Shown here piece by piece: positions 19,523 through 30,024 of a stretch of 64,000 bases of DNA. The notes below the pieces were generated by a model that saw only the letters and a list, made by a program, of their open reading frames with translations, was not told the origin of the DNA and did no database searches. A program made the position numbers and the translations under genes. The stretch lies in sequence record DRR378314_778; one strand, 5' to 3'. How positions within the stretch are numbered: the stretch's first letter is position 1; the number at the start of each line of letters is the position of its first letter.

Positions 19523-20673
19523 GCCAATTTCTCCATTTGATCGAGAGGCCCAAGTACCTCCTCGTTGTCTGCACCTAACTTCGGTACGTCAAGATCATTC
19601 CCTAGATGTGCCCCATCAAACTCTAAGGGAAGAACGGGTGAGCGGAATGATACGCCATCCGCATGTTTGGATGTTACCAGTCCGCCAGGGCGCAGAACAT
19701 GCGGATCGTCAAACAGGTCTTCCGGTGCATTGATACGGGCAAAGGGCAGAGCCAGGGCTTCCAGTTTTGCCAGAAGTTCTGACGCTGAAAGCGGGGCTAA
19801 TTTTTTACGGATAAGCGGAATAGTCCATCCGCGGGCTTCAATTCGGTCTGTCGCAGTGTTCAAGTCTGTATTTTCCAGAAGCTCTGGCAGGTCAAAGCTC
19901 TTACAGAAAATATTCCAGTGACCCTCGGTTACCACACCAATAAAGATCTTCTCGCCATCGCTTGTATCGAAAATATCATATACTGGCCAGGCATGGGTCC
20001 GATTTGGCATAGGGGTAGAGGGAACACCGGTGAGGTCAAACTGCACCATATGCTGGGCCACCATGAAGAGCGCATTTTCAAACAGGCCGATACGGATATT
20101 TTTACCCTTGCCGGTTTTTTCGCGTTCCCACAGAGCGGCAATGATACCGATCACTCCGAACATGCCCCCCATAATGTCATTGGCCGAAGAGCCAACCCGA
20201 AGTGGTTTTTCTTTTGATCCGGTCATCATGGCAAGGCCGGACATCATCTGGACCACTTCATCAAGCGCTGGGCGGGCTTCATAGGGACCAGAGAGGAAGC
20301 CTTTATGTCCTGCAATGATCAGGGATGGATATTCTTTTTGCAGACTGTCTGCATCCAATTCCTGTTTCTCAAGTGTCTGGTCCCGGAAATTTTCAATGAA
20401 AATATCGGCCGTTCCGATTAGGGCGTGCAGGGTTTTGGCATCTTCGTCATTCTTGAGATTCAAAGTGACACTTTTCTTGCCGCGATTAAAAAGCGGGAAG
20501 AACGAGGTTCCCATCCCCCGCAAATCGCGTGTTTTATCACCAGTCGGTGGCTCGACCTTGATGACCTCGGCCCCGAGTTGGACAAGGATCATTCCGCAAG
20601 CCGGTCCCATGACCATATGGCTCATCTCAATTACACGAATACCTTCGAGAGGAAGCTGAGTCGTCATTAACAC
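19519..20673 (-). CDS. CaiB/BaiF family III CoA-transferase
   Basis: LEGIRVIE, GAEVIKVEP, NRGKKS, ENFR, ALDEVVQMMSG. Start may be 20667. Confidence 0.93.
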   Translation of the reverse strand: MLMTTQLPLEGIRVIEMSHMVMGPACGMILVQLGAEVIKVEPPTGDKTRDLRGMGTSFFPLFNRGKKSVTLNLKNDEDAKTLHALIGTADIFIENFRDQTLEKQELDADSLQKEYPSLIIAGHKGFLSGPYEARPALDEVVQMMSGLAMMTGSKEKPLRVGSSANDIMGGMFGVIGIIAALWEREKTGKGKNIRIGLFENALFMVAQHMVQFDLTGVPSTPMPNRTHAWPVYDIFDTSDGEKIFIGVVTEGHWNIFCKSFDLPELLENTDLNTATDRIEARGWTIPLIRKKLAPLSASELLAKLEALALPFARINAPEDLFDDPHVLRPGGLVTSKHADGVSFRSPVLPLEFDGAHLGNDLDVPKLGADNEEVLGPLDQMEKLA

Positions 20674-20749
20674 ACCAATTAGAATTTATTTTTCAGTAGG
20701 GTATTGCGTGTGTTGCCATCTTAAAAATATAATCTTTTGAATATTGCGT

Positions 20750-20762
20750 TCTAAAAAATAGA
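20750..20762. promoter_or_regulatory. Candidate LysR T-N11-A box
   Basis: TCTA-AAAAA-TAGA dyad between the divergent caiB and lysR genes. Confidence 0.5.
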
Positions 20763-20771
20763 TGTCTTGAT

Positions 20772-21695
20772 ATGAACCTTCGTCAAATGGCCTGCTATCA
20801 GGCAATTTTTGAACTCAAAAACTTATCCCACGCGGCTTCCAGGCTTAATTTGGCTCAGTCGGCGATCAGCCATCACCTCGCCAATCTGGAAGTGGAATTG
20901 GATGTTCAGCTTTTTATCCGCAAACCCAGAGGGATGGAGCCAACAGCGGCCGGCATCAAGCTCTATGAGCATGTGAAGTCGATATTGAGGGCCGTCCAGC
21001 TAGCGGAGCAGGATGTGCGAAATGAAAGCGAAGAAATCAGTGGTGATATTGCCATTGGTCTGCCGCATTCAGTGATGCGGGCGATCGGCCTTCCCCTCAT
21101 GCAATCAGTTCTTCGGGATTTACCAAAGGTCCGTTTATCTGTAGTGGAAAGTCTATCTGGCGGGACATTCGCCAATTTGCTGTCATCTGAAGTGGATCTG
21201 GCTCTCTTTTATAATCCGCAAAGTGATGAGCGAATTTCGATGCGAGCCCTGCTACAGGAAGAAGTCCTCTGTGTTGGGAAAAAGGAAATCATTGGTAACA
21301 GTGATAAACCGCTTGCCTTTGACGAATTGGCAAATCTTCCTGTTTTGCTGTTACGGGAGGGGTTGTCCACACGAGCCGTTGTTGATCGCCCGGGATTGTT
21401 GAACAAACTGGAAGCGCGAATTCCATTGCAGCTAAATTCAATCAATGGAATTTTGACTGGTATGAAGGCGGGCCTTGGATGCACACTTGCTCCCCAGGTT
21501 TTTGTCGCCGAGGATTTGAAAACAGGTGAATTGCATGCGCGAAAACTTGTTGGGCCGACGCCCACTCGCCGACTTTATTTTGGCACTTTAAAGAAACGCC
21601 CATCTACACGGCTCATGGAAGCCATGACGGAAATGGTCTTAGACTTAATTAATAAAGAGGTCCAAAGTGGCCGCTGGCAAGCTCACCTTTTCTGA
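20772..21695 (+). CDS. LysR family transcriptional regulator
   Basis: MNLRQM...LSHAASRLNLAQSAISHHLANLE...LFIRKPRGMEPT HTH; divergent from caiB. Confidence 0.95.
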   Translation: MNLRQMACYQAIFELKNLSHAASRLNLAQSAISHHLANLEVELDVQLFIRKPRGMEPTAAGIKLYEHVKSILRAVQLAEQDVRNESEEISGDIAIGLPHSVMRAIGLPLMQSVLRDLPKVRLSVVESLSGGTFANLLSSEVDLALFYNPQSDERISMRALLQEEVLCVGKKEIIGNSDKPLAFDELANLPVLLLREGLSTRAVVDRPGLLNKLEARIPLQLNSINGILTGMKAGLGCTLAPQVFVAEDLKTGELHARKLVGPTPTRRLYFGTLKKRPSTRLMEAMTEMVLDLINKEVQSGRWQAHLF

Positions 21696-21810
21696 TGTCT
21701 ATGGCCTGTCATATATTGGCCCCGCTTGATATCAACAGGATCAGTCGTTAAGTCAGGCATTGGCACGTGCCATATCGTGGGATGAGCCTTGCTCTGCCGC
21801 TATCAGCTGT

Positions 21811-22248
21811 TTACACAATAAGCACTGGCGTTTTTGCCATGCTGGTTACTTTGTGTGAGACACTTCCCAAAAGTACATTTTCAATCGATCCCGAGCCTCG
21901 ACTTCCAATAACGATTAGATCATTCTCATGCTCTTTCGCAAAACTGACAATCGTCCGCGCCGCAGGTCCCCCTTTGACAAAGGCTCTAATTTTTTGGCAT
22001 CCGACTTCTCTGCCAATAGCTGCGCCCCGTTCAACGATCTCTTTGGCGTGATCGCGCATAATTTTGTCAATATCATCAGGCTCTTCTGCCCGTGTTGCAT
22101 ACATTGACCCTTCCAAGACCGAGTGGTGCCGGAAGAGCGTGAGCACCGTCAGTTCTGCGTCGCATAGGAGGGTTAGTTCCGCTGCCTTGCGAAGGGCGGC
22201 TTCAGCGCCCTCAGAGCCATCGAAAGGTGCGAGTATGGATTTAAACAT
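21811..22248 (-). CDS. teaD: Universal stress protein (TeaD-like)
   Basis: ILAPFDGS, DLIVIGSRG, LLGSVSHKV; last gene of a tea-like TRAP operon. Confidence 0.85.
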   Translation of the reverse strand: MFKSILAPFDGSEGAEAALRKAAELTLLCDAELTVLTLFRHHSVLEGSMYATRAEEPDDIDKIMRDHAKEIVERGAAIGREVGCQKIRAFVKGGPAARTIVSFAKEHENDLIVIGSRGSGSIENVLLGSVSHKVTSMAKTPVLIV

Positions 22249-22262
22249 TATTCAGACTCCTC

Positions 22263-23549
22263 TTACTTGGCAAAGGCAATGTCGCGCAGGAACAGCGCCA
22301 CCTGTGGGAAAAAGATCATCAAAACTGAGACCGATAGCAACATGATGACAAATGGTGGCGTGCCTCTGATCACATCCAGATATGGTCGCTTAAACACAGC
22401 GACTGCCGTGAAGATATCACATCCAAATGGGGGCGTTGCCGAACCGATTGCGGCTTGTAAAGTCACCAATGTTCCGACCAGAATTGGATCGAGCCCTGTT
22501 TTTTCAACCACGGGTGCGAAGATTGGCACGAAGATTAGGATTACAACAATCGGATCCACGAACATACAGCCAATAAAGAAAGCGATGGCAATCGTAAACA
22601 ACACACCGATCTGACCCATCTCGTCGATGCCAAGCGCTCCGAGAAGCTGCTGTGGTATCTGTGCGAATGACAGGACCCATGCAAAGGCGGCCCCGGCGCC
22701 GACTAGTATGAAGACAACCGCAGTCACCATTCCAGTTGACAGAGCAACGTGATACAAGTCGGTAATTTTCATGGTCCGGAAGATAACTGTTTCCAGAAAC
22801 ACGGCATAAGCCACGCTGATTGCTGCGGCCTCAGTTGGGCTGAAAATACCAAAGAAAATACCGCCAATGATCAGTGCTGGGAAGCCTAGCGGCCATAAAG
22901 CCCGTTTAACTGCACTGGCGCGTTCTCGCCAGGAAGCCGCAGGTTCTGTTGGCACCCCATTAATTTTGGCGTAAATCATGCTGTAGACTGAGAACATGAA
23001 CAGGATTAGCAATCCGGGCCCAAGTCCTGCGATGAACAGTTCCGGGATGGACGCTTTGGCAACCACGCCATAAATGATCATACCGATGCTGGGGGGGATT
23101 AAGAAGGCAATGTCACTTGAGTTTACAATCAGTGCCAAAATGAAGGAGTCTTTATACCCACCTTTCAGCATGCGTGGCCTAAGGGGGGTGCCGACAGCAA
23201 CAACAGTCGCTTGAGTGGAGCCAGATACAGCACCGAATAATGCACAAGCTGTGGCGGTGCTGACTGCCAGGCCACCACGGACATGCCGGATGAAGGCCAT
23301 GACCATGTCTATCAAACGCCCAGCGGACTCACCGCGCGTCATGATATCAGCGGCAAGAATGAACATTGGAACGGCAATCAGAGAAGATGGCCGGATACCG
23401 CCGAGCATTTGTTGAATCATAAATTCGGTTTTATCGATAGTCCCGAAGAGCTCTATCACACCGATAAAGGCACCCGCGATCAAAGGCACCATCATTGGAA
23501 AGCCGAGAAGCAGGAGGACAACCATCACCGAGAACATAAGTAACGCCAT
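22263..23549 (-). CDS. teaC: Ectoine-type TRAP large permease
   Basis: GAVSGSTQATVVA, SSDIAFLIPPSIG, ATPPFGCDIF. Confidence 0.82.
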   Translation of the reverse strand: MALLMFSVMVVLLLLGFPMMVPLIAGAFIGVIELFGTIDKTEFMIQQMLGGIRPSSLIAVPMFILAADIMTRGESAGRLIDMVMAFIRHVRGGLAVSTATACALFGAVSGSTQATVVAVGTPLRPRMLKGGYKDSFILALIVNSSDIAFLIPPSIGMIIYGVVAKASIPELFIAGLGPGLLILFMFSVYSMIYAKINGVPTEPAASWRERASAVKRALWPLGFPALIIGGIFFGIFSPTEAAAISVAYAVFLETVIFRTMKITDLYHVALSTGMVTAVVFILVGAGAAFAWVLSFAQIPQQLLGALGIDEMGQIGVLFTIAIAFFIGCMFVDPIVVILIFVPIFAPVVEKTGLDPILVGTLVTLQAAIGSATPPFGCDIFTAVAVFKRPYLDVIRGTPPFVIMLLSVSVLMIFFPQVALFLRDIAFAK

Positions 23550-23551
23550 AA

Positions 23552-24124
23552 TTAAACCTCCACTTCCAGTTCCTGTGCGTCTGCTTCACGCAAGTTGGTC
23601 GACAAATAGATTTCAGGTTTCTGAAGGTTTCTAATGAAGGTCAGCGCATATTGGATACCGGTCACAAACAACCCAATTGGAACCCAAAGGTAGCTGACAT
23701 AAATCGGGATGTTGAGGGCAGGATAAACACGTCCTTTGGCATATAAGCTCAAAATGTATTGTACCGAGTACCACGCCAGTATCAGCAACAGGATTGCGGT
23801 GACGGCGGTAATCACGATCATTAGGATTTTACGGGCTTTTTCGGGTAAGGCATCTGAGATTGCAGACATTCGAATATGCCGTGCATGGCGCGCGGCATAC
23901 CCAATGCCAGCAAATGTCACCAACAAGATAAAAATACTGTTGAGCTCTTCAGCAAAAATTATGGAATGGTTGAAAATAAAGCGGCTGACGACGTTGGCGA
24001 TAGTGTTGACGGCCATCAGGATCACACCGATCGCCATAATTATCCGCTCTAATGCAGCAATACCTGTATCAATGCCGTCAATGAGACCTGTCAGGCTTAA
24101 TTTGTTTTGCGACGGTTCGCTCAT
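23552..24124 (-). CDS. teaB: Ectoine-type TRAP small permease
   Basis: NTIANV, TFAGIGYAARHARHIRMSA. Confidence 0.8.
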   Translation of the reverse strand: MSEPSQNKLSLTGLIDGIDTGIAALERIIMAIGVILMAVNTIANVVSRFIFNHSIIFAEELNSIFILLVTFAGIGYAARHARHIRMSAISDALPEKARKILMIVITAVTAILLLILAWYSVQYILSLYAKGRVYPALNIPIYVSYLWVPIGLFVTGIQYALTFIRNLQKPEIYLSTNLREADAQELEVEV

Positions 24125-24167
24125 TATCCCCCCTTGGCATGCCCTAATGCCGGATTTTGAGTATTGA

Positions 24168-24202
24168 ATTACGGGCCCAAGCCAAATGATTGGGCCCGTA
24201 AT
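24168..24202. terminator. Intra-operon stem-loop after teaA
   Basis: ATTACGGGCCCAA-N9-TTGGGCCCGTAAT, perfect 13-bp stem. Confidence 0.65.
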
Positions 24203-24256
24203 CGATTTCTTTTCCCGCTAAAATTTGCGCATGTGGCAGGAAAATTTGCAGGATTT

Positions 24257-25279
24257 TTACTGCTGTGCAGCTTTCAGATCTTTCTTCATCTGTTCCAGGA
24301 TAGCGGCCCCGCGATCGCCAGCCCGTTCGATAAACGCCTCTTCAACAGCTTTGGCGCGTTTTTTGAAGGCCATCCGCTCTTTTTCGGTCAAACGGACAAT
24401 TTTGTATTCCGGGTTGGTTTCTTTAATTTTGGCCAGCCCTTTTTCGTCCAGTTCTACGGCGACATCCAGAATGTAGTCGAGTGCTGCTTGTGAGGCATTT
24501 TGGACTAGTTTTTTGTCTTCATCGCTTAACCCGTCATAGAAGTCAGCATTAGCCATCACAGCAGTGGTATATTGTGCGTGCCCTGTGTAGGTCATCACTT
24601 TGGTCAAATTATCGAGACCATATGCTTCAATCCAGATCGTTGGATTTTCTTGTCCATCAACCATGTTTGTTTTCAGCGCTCCAATAAGCTCGCCCCATGG
24701 CATGGCAATCGGAGATGCACCAAACGCCTTGTAGGTTTCCAGCAACAGTGGGGATGTCATGGTACGGATTTTCATTCCCTCCAGCTCTTCCGGGGTCCGG
24801 AATTCTTCCATTGTGGTTACGACTTGTTGGCCTTCTGGAAAGACTGCAAGTAATTCTAGTCCTTGTTCACGATAGATATCGTGGAACATTTCGTTTACAG
24901 CGACGCCTTCTTTAAAGAAGGTGCGAACCTCTTTTGGGTCAGTCGGTTGGACATAAGGAACTAGGAAGGCTTCGGCTTCTGGGATAAGCGCGCCCGTAAA
25001 ACCCGGAGACTGGTCGATGAACTGTAATAGTCCAGCTTGCGCCTGCTCCATTGCGTCTGCAGACTCGCCCAAAGAGCCAACTGGATAAATTTGAACGGTA
25101 TGATCTGAATTGGCTTCAATCTCTTCTTTGAATTTTGTTGCATACAATCCCTGCGGATCTTCCAGTCCTTCTTCCATGGCATAACGCCAATTGTCAGCCT
25201 GGGCACCAGTTACGCTGAGCGCGATTGAACCGGCTATGGCAAAGCTACTGAAAGCGAGTTTCGCGATTGTATTCATCAT
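24257..25279 (-). CDS. teaA: Ectoine/hydroxyectoine-type TRAP substrate-binding protein (TeaA/UehA-like)
   Basis: Mature start DNWRYA, plus NSDHTVQ, QSPGFTG, KIRTMT, DGQENP as recalled for TeaA; RBS GGGAGG before ATG 25279. Confidence 0.82.
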   Translation of the reverse strand: MMNTIAKLAFSSFAIAGSIALSVTGAQADNWRYAMEEGLEDPQGLYATKFKEEIEANSDHTVQIYPVGSLGESADAMEQAQAGLLQFIDQSPGFTGALIPEAEAFLVPYVQPTDPKEVRTFFKEGVAVNEMFHDIYREQGLELLAVFPEGQQVVTTMEEFRTPEELEGMKIRTMTSPLLLETYKAFGASPIAMPWGELIGALKTNMVDGQENPTIWIEAYGLDNLTKVMTYTGHAQYTTAVMANADFYDGLSDEDKKLVQNASQAALDYILDVAVELDEKGLAKIKETNPEYKIVRLTEKERMAFKKRAKAVEEAFIERAGDRGAAILEQMKKDLKAAQQ

Positions 25280-25717
25280 TTCCTCCCAAAGGTTTGATGT
25301 CATATGTTTAAATAGTCAAGCCTAACCTCTATCAACTCGGAGCTTCAAGTCAAATAATCCCTTTTTTGCATATATAATAAAAATTCTTATTTTAAGAGGC
25401 GTTGTCTTGGAATAACTCACTTTATTGCACGGTTTTTTTTGAGATAATTTTTGTATTTGTTTTCAAATACTTAGTTTTATATCCCGCTTGTTTTCTTCTT
25501 ATTCTGCTTCAATTAATATGATACGCATTTAGGAGAAGTGAAAATGTTAAATACAACTTAAAGGAGTTTGAAGCCGCTATATTTGATCAGTTGTCAGTCT
25601 TGGATAAAGCATGTGATCCGTCATCCCGGAGCCCTAAAATGCTCCTTCGGGACGGGATTGGACGTTTGTCAATTTTCTTGCGGCGATGACCAGAACAAAG
25701 TTTTAAACTGTCAGAAG

Positions 25718-25733
25718 TTTGCGAAAGCGCAAA
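25718..25733. promoter_or_regulatory. NnrR-type (Crp/Fnr) box upstream of nosR
   Basis: TTTGCG-AAAG-CGCAAA, perfect dyad with TTG-N8-CAA spacing. Confidence 0.75.
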
Positions 25734-25851
25734 TACCGGGATTGTGATCCCGCCTAAAGTTCTCTCCAATAATATTTGATTTTGTGAAGCACTCTTATAG
25801 ATCGCTTAGGAAGTAGCGCGTTTCAAATAAAATTGAACGAAAGGGCTTTAT

Positions 25852-28083
25852 GTGATGACTTTGTTTATCCACCATATCCGTCAGCTACTGCGTTGCATTC
25901 CCATCATATTGGGTTGTTTGTTGCTGGTTGTGGGTCAGGCAAAGGCCATCGAGACCATACAAAACATAATTCAGGAAACACCTGCCGCAGATTTCTATCC
26001 ATCTGCCGATCGGTGGGAAGCTGTTGCAGGCGGCCAGCCGATCTATGCAGCAAAACAGCAGGGAAAAACGGTTGGTTATGCATTTCTGAATACTGATTTC
26101 GTCGGCGCTGTTGGATATTCCGGCAAACCAATTGTTGTGCTTGTGGCCCTTGATACAAATGGCCAGATTGTGAATGCAAAGTTGGTTGATCATGCCGAAC
26201 CTATCGTTCTTTCCGGTATTCCCGAGCAGAAAATCGTTGATTTCATCGAAGGGTATCAGGGGACAGATATCCTGACAGTTGCGCGGGAAAAGGGAGGTGA
26301 ACCCCCACCTGTCGATATTGTCTCTGGTGCTACAGTGACCGTGATGGTTATCGATGACAGTATTAAGCGGGCCTCCGTTCGCGTGGCAAAGATCCTGGGT
26401 CTGGCCGGCTTGACTGTTGATGATCCATCGGCCCGTATCGAGCGAAGTCTTATTCTAAAAGACGAAGAGATTTATGATTGGGATACGCTTGTTGGGAACG
26501 GATCTGTTCGTAGACTGCATCTGAATTTAGGCGATATCAACAAGGGGTTTGAAGCACAGGGGAATGCCAAGGCCATTGCAAAACCTGAAAAAGGCAATCC
26601 TGAAGAGACTTATATCGATCTTTATGTCGCATCTTTGGCGGTCCCGGAAATTGCGCGCAGTTTACTGGGAAAATATGAATATCGAAATTATGAAAAAAGA
26701 ATACAAGACGGTCAAAACGCCTTTCTGGTTATGGGGCTGGGGCAATATTCTTTTCGCGGTTCCGGATATGTGCGGGGAGGAATTTTTGACCGGATTCAGG
26801 TTGTTCAGGATGGTGAAACCATCCGGTTTAAAGACCGGTTTTATAAGAATTTAGGGCGTGTTGAGGCAGAAAATTCTCCTCGTTTTAAAGAGGTCGCTCT
26901 TTTTTATACCCCACCGGATACCGTCTTCGAGCCAGCGGATCCCTGGCAGTTACAGTTGCTGGTTCAGCGGGCGATCGGGGCGCTGGAGAAAGTCTTCATC
27001 GCTTACGATATCTCCTACCAGCTTCCGGACGCTTATGTGAAAGTGAATACGCCGGCTGCGGCTCCCCAATCCGCCGTTTCGACACGAACAGAGGAGGAGA
27101 TAGCGGCCTCCAATGCGCTTTGGCAGCGAATTTGGATGCAAAAGTTACCTCAAATTGGGATCCTGATCGGCGCCATTACGCTCCTCACCCTTGTGTTTTT
27201 TGTTCAGAACCAAATCGTTCGAAGAACCATATTGACGGATCGGTTACGAATTGCCTTTCTACTCTTTACGCTCTTTTGGATTGGTTTTTATGCTCAGGCC
27301 CAGCTGTCTGTCGTGAATGTTCTGGTATTTGCCAATTCCTTGCTGACAGATTTCCAATGGCAATTTTTCCTGATGGAACCCTTGATTTTCATTCTGTGGT
27401 GTTCCGTTGCGGTTTCTTTGCTTTTCTGGGGACGCGGCGCGTTCTGTGGGTGGCTATGCCCTTTTGGCGCGCTGCAGGAGTTACTGAATAAACTCGCCCG
27501 CTTTGTTGGGATCAAACAGATAACCGTGCCCTGGTGGCTGCATGAACGGCTTTGGCCAATTAAATATATCCTCTTTTTAGCACTCCTGGGTGTTTCTGTT
27601 TATTCATTACATCTTGCAGAAACCCTGTCAGAGATTGAGCCATTCCGGACATCCATTGTCTTAAGATTCATGCGGGGCTGGCCTTATTTGCTGTTTGTCT
27701 TTTCTTTGCTGGCCGCCGGTTTGTTCATTGAAAGATTTTACTGCCGCTATCTGTGTCCGCTTGGGGCGGCGCTTGCCATCCCCGGTAAGCTTGCCATGTT
27801 TAATTGGCTGAAACGATACCGCAATTGCGGTGATCCATGCCAGAAATGTGCGCAGGAATGCATGGTCCAGGCAATCGATCCGCAAGGCAACATTAATCCC
27901 AATGAATGTCTCTACTGCTTAAATTGTCAGCAGCTTTATTACGACGAAGATGAATGTCCTGTTGTCATTCACGCCCTTGCCAAAGCGCGTAAATCTGACC
28001 CGAAAGCAAACGCAACTGTCGCAGATAAAGACTCCCAATACCGCAGGCCTCGGCGTCTTAACCAGTCGCGGCCTTATGAGTGA
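25852..28083 (+). CDS. nosR: NosR flavo-iron-sulfur membrane protein
   Basis: GYSGKPI, DIVSGAT flavinylation motif, [19 protein letters not shown]-terminal ferredoxin Cys clusters. Confidence 0.96.
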   Translation: MMTLFIHHIRQLLRCIPIILGCLLLVVGQAKAIETIQNIIQETPAADFYPSADRWEAVAGGQPIYAAKQQGKTVGYAFLNTDFVGAVGYSGKPIVVLVALDTNGQIVNAKLVDHAEPIVLSGIPEQKIVDFIEGYQGTDILTVAREKGGEPPPVDIVSGATVTVMVIDDSIKRASVRVAKILGLAGLTVDDPSARIERSLILKDEEIYDWDTLVGNGSVRRLHLNLGDINKGFEAQGNAKAIAKPEKGNPEETYIDLYVASLAVPEIARSLLGKYEYRNYEKRIQDGQNAFLVMGLGQYSFRGSGYVRGGIFDRIQVVQDGETIRFKDRFYKNLGRVEAENSPRFKEVALFYTPPDTVFEPADPWQLQLLVQRAIGALEKVFIAYDISYQLPDAYVKVNTPAAAPQSAVSTRTEEEIAASNALWQRIWMQKLPQIGILIGAITLLTLVFFVQNQIVRRTILTDRLRIAFLLFTLFWIGFYAQAQLSVVNVLVFANSLLTDFQWQFFLMEPLIFILWCSVAVSLLFWGRGAFCGWLCPFGALQELLNKLARFVGIKQITVPWWLHERLWPIKYILFLALLGVSVYSLHLAETLSEIEPFRTSIVLRFMRGWPYLLFVFSLLAAGLFIERFYCRYLCPLGAALAIPGKLAMFNWLKRYRNCGDPCQKCAQECMVQAIDPQGNINPNECLYCLNCQQLYYDEDECPVVIHALAKARKSDPKANATVADKDSQYRRPRRLNQSRPYE

Positions 28084-28121
28084 AAACTTTTTATGTCTTG
28101 TTTCTTATTAGGAGAGAGAAA

Positions 28122-30023
28122 ATGAAAGACGATTCAGATAAAATTGCAGATGTATCCCGCCGCTCCCTGCTGAGTGGCTCGGCCGCTGTTGCTGGGCTTG
28201 GGGCACTTGGGGGCACGGCATTAATGACCTCACCGCGTCTGGCGCGTGCCGCTTCGGCGAATGCAGAAGTCGCCCCGGGAGACTTGGACGAATATTACGG
28301 GTTCTGGAGTGGTGGCCAGTCCGGCGAAGTGCGGATCATGGGTGTTCCTTCCATGCGCGAGTTGATGCGGATACCGGTGTTTAATCGGTGTAGCGCAACG
28401 GGTTGGGGGCAGACCGACGAAAGTGTCCAAATCCTAACCGAGCATATGTTGCCCAAGGAAAAAGAATTTTGGAAAGATAAAGGTGGTTTTCCACTGAACG
28501 GCGATACCCACCATCCACATATGTCCTTCACAAATGGGACCTACGATGGCCGCTATATCTGGGTCAATGATAAAGCGAATACGCGGATTGCGCGGATCCG
28601 CTGTGATATCATGAAAGTGGATAAGATTATCTCTATCCCGAATGCTGCTGATATTCACGGGATGCGGCCGCAAAAATATCCAAAAACGAAATATATCTTT
28701 GCAAACGGTGAGCATCGGGTACCGCTCCCGAATGACGGGTCAGTTTTGGATGATCCGTCAAAATATCATGCCGTTTTTTCAGCGGTTGATGGGGAAAAGA
28801 TGGAAGTTGCCTGGCAGGTAATTGTCAGTGGTAACCTGGATAACGTGGAAGCCGATTACCAAGGAAAATACGCGATTTCCAGTTGTTACAATTCAGAAGA
28901 AGGTGTGACCCTGGCAGAAATGACAGCAAACGAACAGGATTGGGCTGTTGTCTTTGATGTGGAAGCGATTGAAGCCGGTGTCGCTGCTGGTGACTTTAAG
29001 ACCTACGAAGGCGATGTCCCTGTTTTGGATGGGCGCAAAGGATCTAAATACACACGTTATATCCCAATCTCCAACAGTCCCCATGGTGTGAACGCCTCTC
29101 CTGACGGGAAATACATGATGATCAACGGGAAGCTGTCTCCAACGGTCTCCGTGATTGAAATGGCAAAGCTCCCGGATCTCTTTAAAGACAAGATCAAACC
29201 ACGGGATGCAGTTGTTGCTGAACCTGAACTTGGCCTCGGCCCGCTTCATACAGCGTTTGATGGACGGGGAAATGCCTATACCACCTTATTCCTGGATAGT
29301 CAGATCTGTAAGTGGGATATCGCCAAAGCCATCCAGAAATTCAGTGGTGAAGATGTAGATCCAATACTGGAAAAATTGGATGTGCAATATCAACCCGGTC
29401 ATAATCATACCTCTATGGGTGAGACCAGTGATGCGGATGGTAAATGGTTGATTTCCCTCAATAAATTTTCCAAAGATCGATATATCAACGTTGGACCTTT
29501 GAAACCAGAGAACGATCAGTTGATCGATATTTCAGGTGACAAAATGAAGGTTGTTCACGACGGACCAACTTTTGCAGAGCCTCATGATTGTATCATCGTG
29601 CATCGTTCCATCGTTAATCCACGTCAGGTCTATGATCGCGAAGATCCCATGTTCGATGCGATTAAAGCCCGGGCGACAGCGGATGGCATAGAAGATCTTG
29701 AATATGCAGATCAGGTTATTCGCGATGGGAATAAAGTGCGCGTTTACATGTTCTCGGCCGCACCTACCTTTTCTCTTGAAAAGTTCACAGTCAAACAAGG
29801 TGATGAGGTTACGATAACCGTCACAAATATTGATGATGTGGATGATTTGACCCATGGCCTCACCATTTCAAACTACGGTGTCGCGATGGAGATTGGCCCG
29901 CAACAGACCTCTTCTGTGACATTCAAAGCTGATTATCCGGGCGTTCACTGGTTTTATTGTCAGTGGTTCTGTCATGCATTGCATATGGAGATGCGGGGCA
30001 GAATGCTGGTGGAGCCTAAGTAA
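28122..30023 (+). CDS. nosZ: Nitrous oxide reductase, clade I (Tat)
   Basis: SRRSLL Tat motif; CuZ histidines in DTHHPH, IHG, PHG, PLHT, GHNH, EPHD; CuA motif [15 protein letters not shown] before ATG 28122. Confidence 0.98.
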   Translation: MKDDSDKIADVSRRSLLSGSAAVAGLGALGGTALMTSPRLARAASANAEVAPGDLDEYYGFWSGGQSGEVRIMGVPSMRELMRIPVFNRCSATGWGQTDESVQILTEHMLPKEKEFWKDKGGFPLNGDTHHPHMSFTNGTYDGRYIWVNDKANTRIARIRCDIMKVDKIISIPNAADIHGMRPQKYPKTKYIFANGEHRVPLPNDGSVLDDPSKYHAVFSAVDGEKMEVAWQVIVSGNLDNVEADYQGKYAISSCYNSEEGVTLAEMTANEQDWAVVFDVEAIEAGVAAGDFKTYEGDVPVLDGRKGSKYTRYIPISNSPHGVNASPDGKYMMINGKLSPTVSVIEMAKLPDLFKDKIKPRDAVVAEPELGLGPLHTAFDGRGNAYTTLFLDSQICKWDIAKAIQKFSGEDVDPILEKLDVQYQPGHNHTSMGETSDADGKWLISLNKFSKDRYINVGPLKPENDQLIDISGDKMKVVHDGPTFAEPHDCIIVHRSIVNPRQVYDREDPMFDAIKARATADGIEDLEYADQVIRDGNKVRVYMFSAAPTFSLEKFTVKQGDEVTITVTNIDDVDDLTHGLTISNYGVAMEIGPQQTSSVTFKADYPGVHWFYCQWFCHALHMEMRGRMLVEPK

Positions 30024-30024
30024 G

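Noticed and set aside
21761-21772. TGGCACGTGCCA palindrome resembling a sigma54 -24 box
   Set aside because: No GC at the correct -12 spacing on either strand, and it lies between convergent gene ends
25617-25660. GC-rich imperfect hairpin resembling a REP-like element or small RNA
   Set aside because: Single imperfect copy with no recognisable RNA family features
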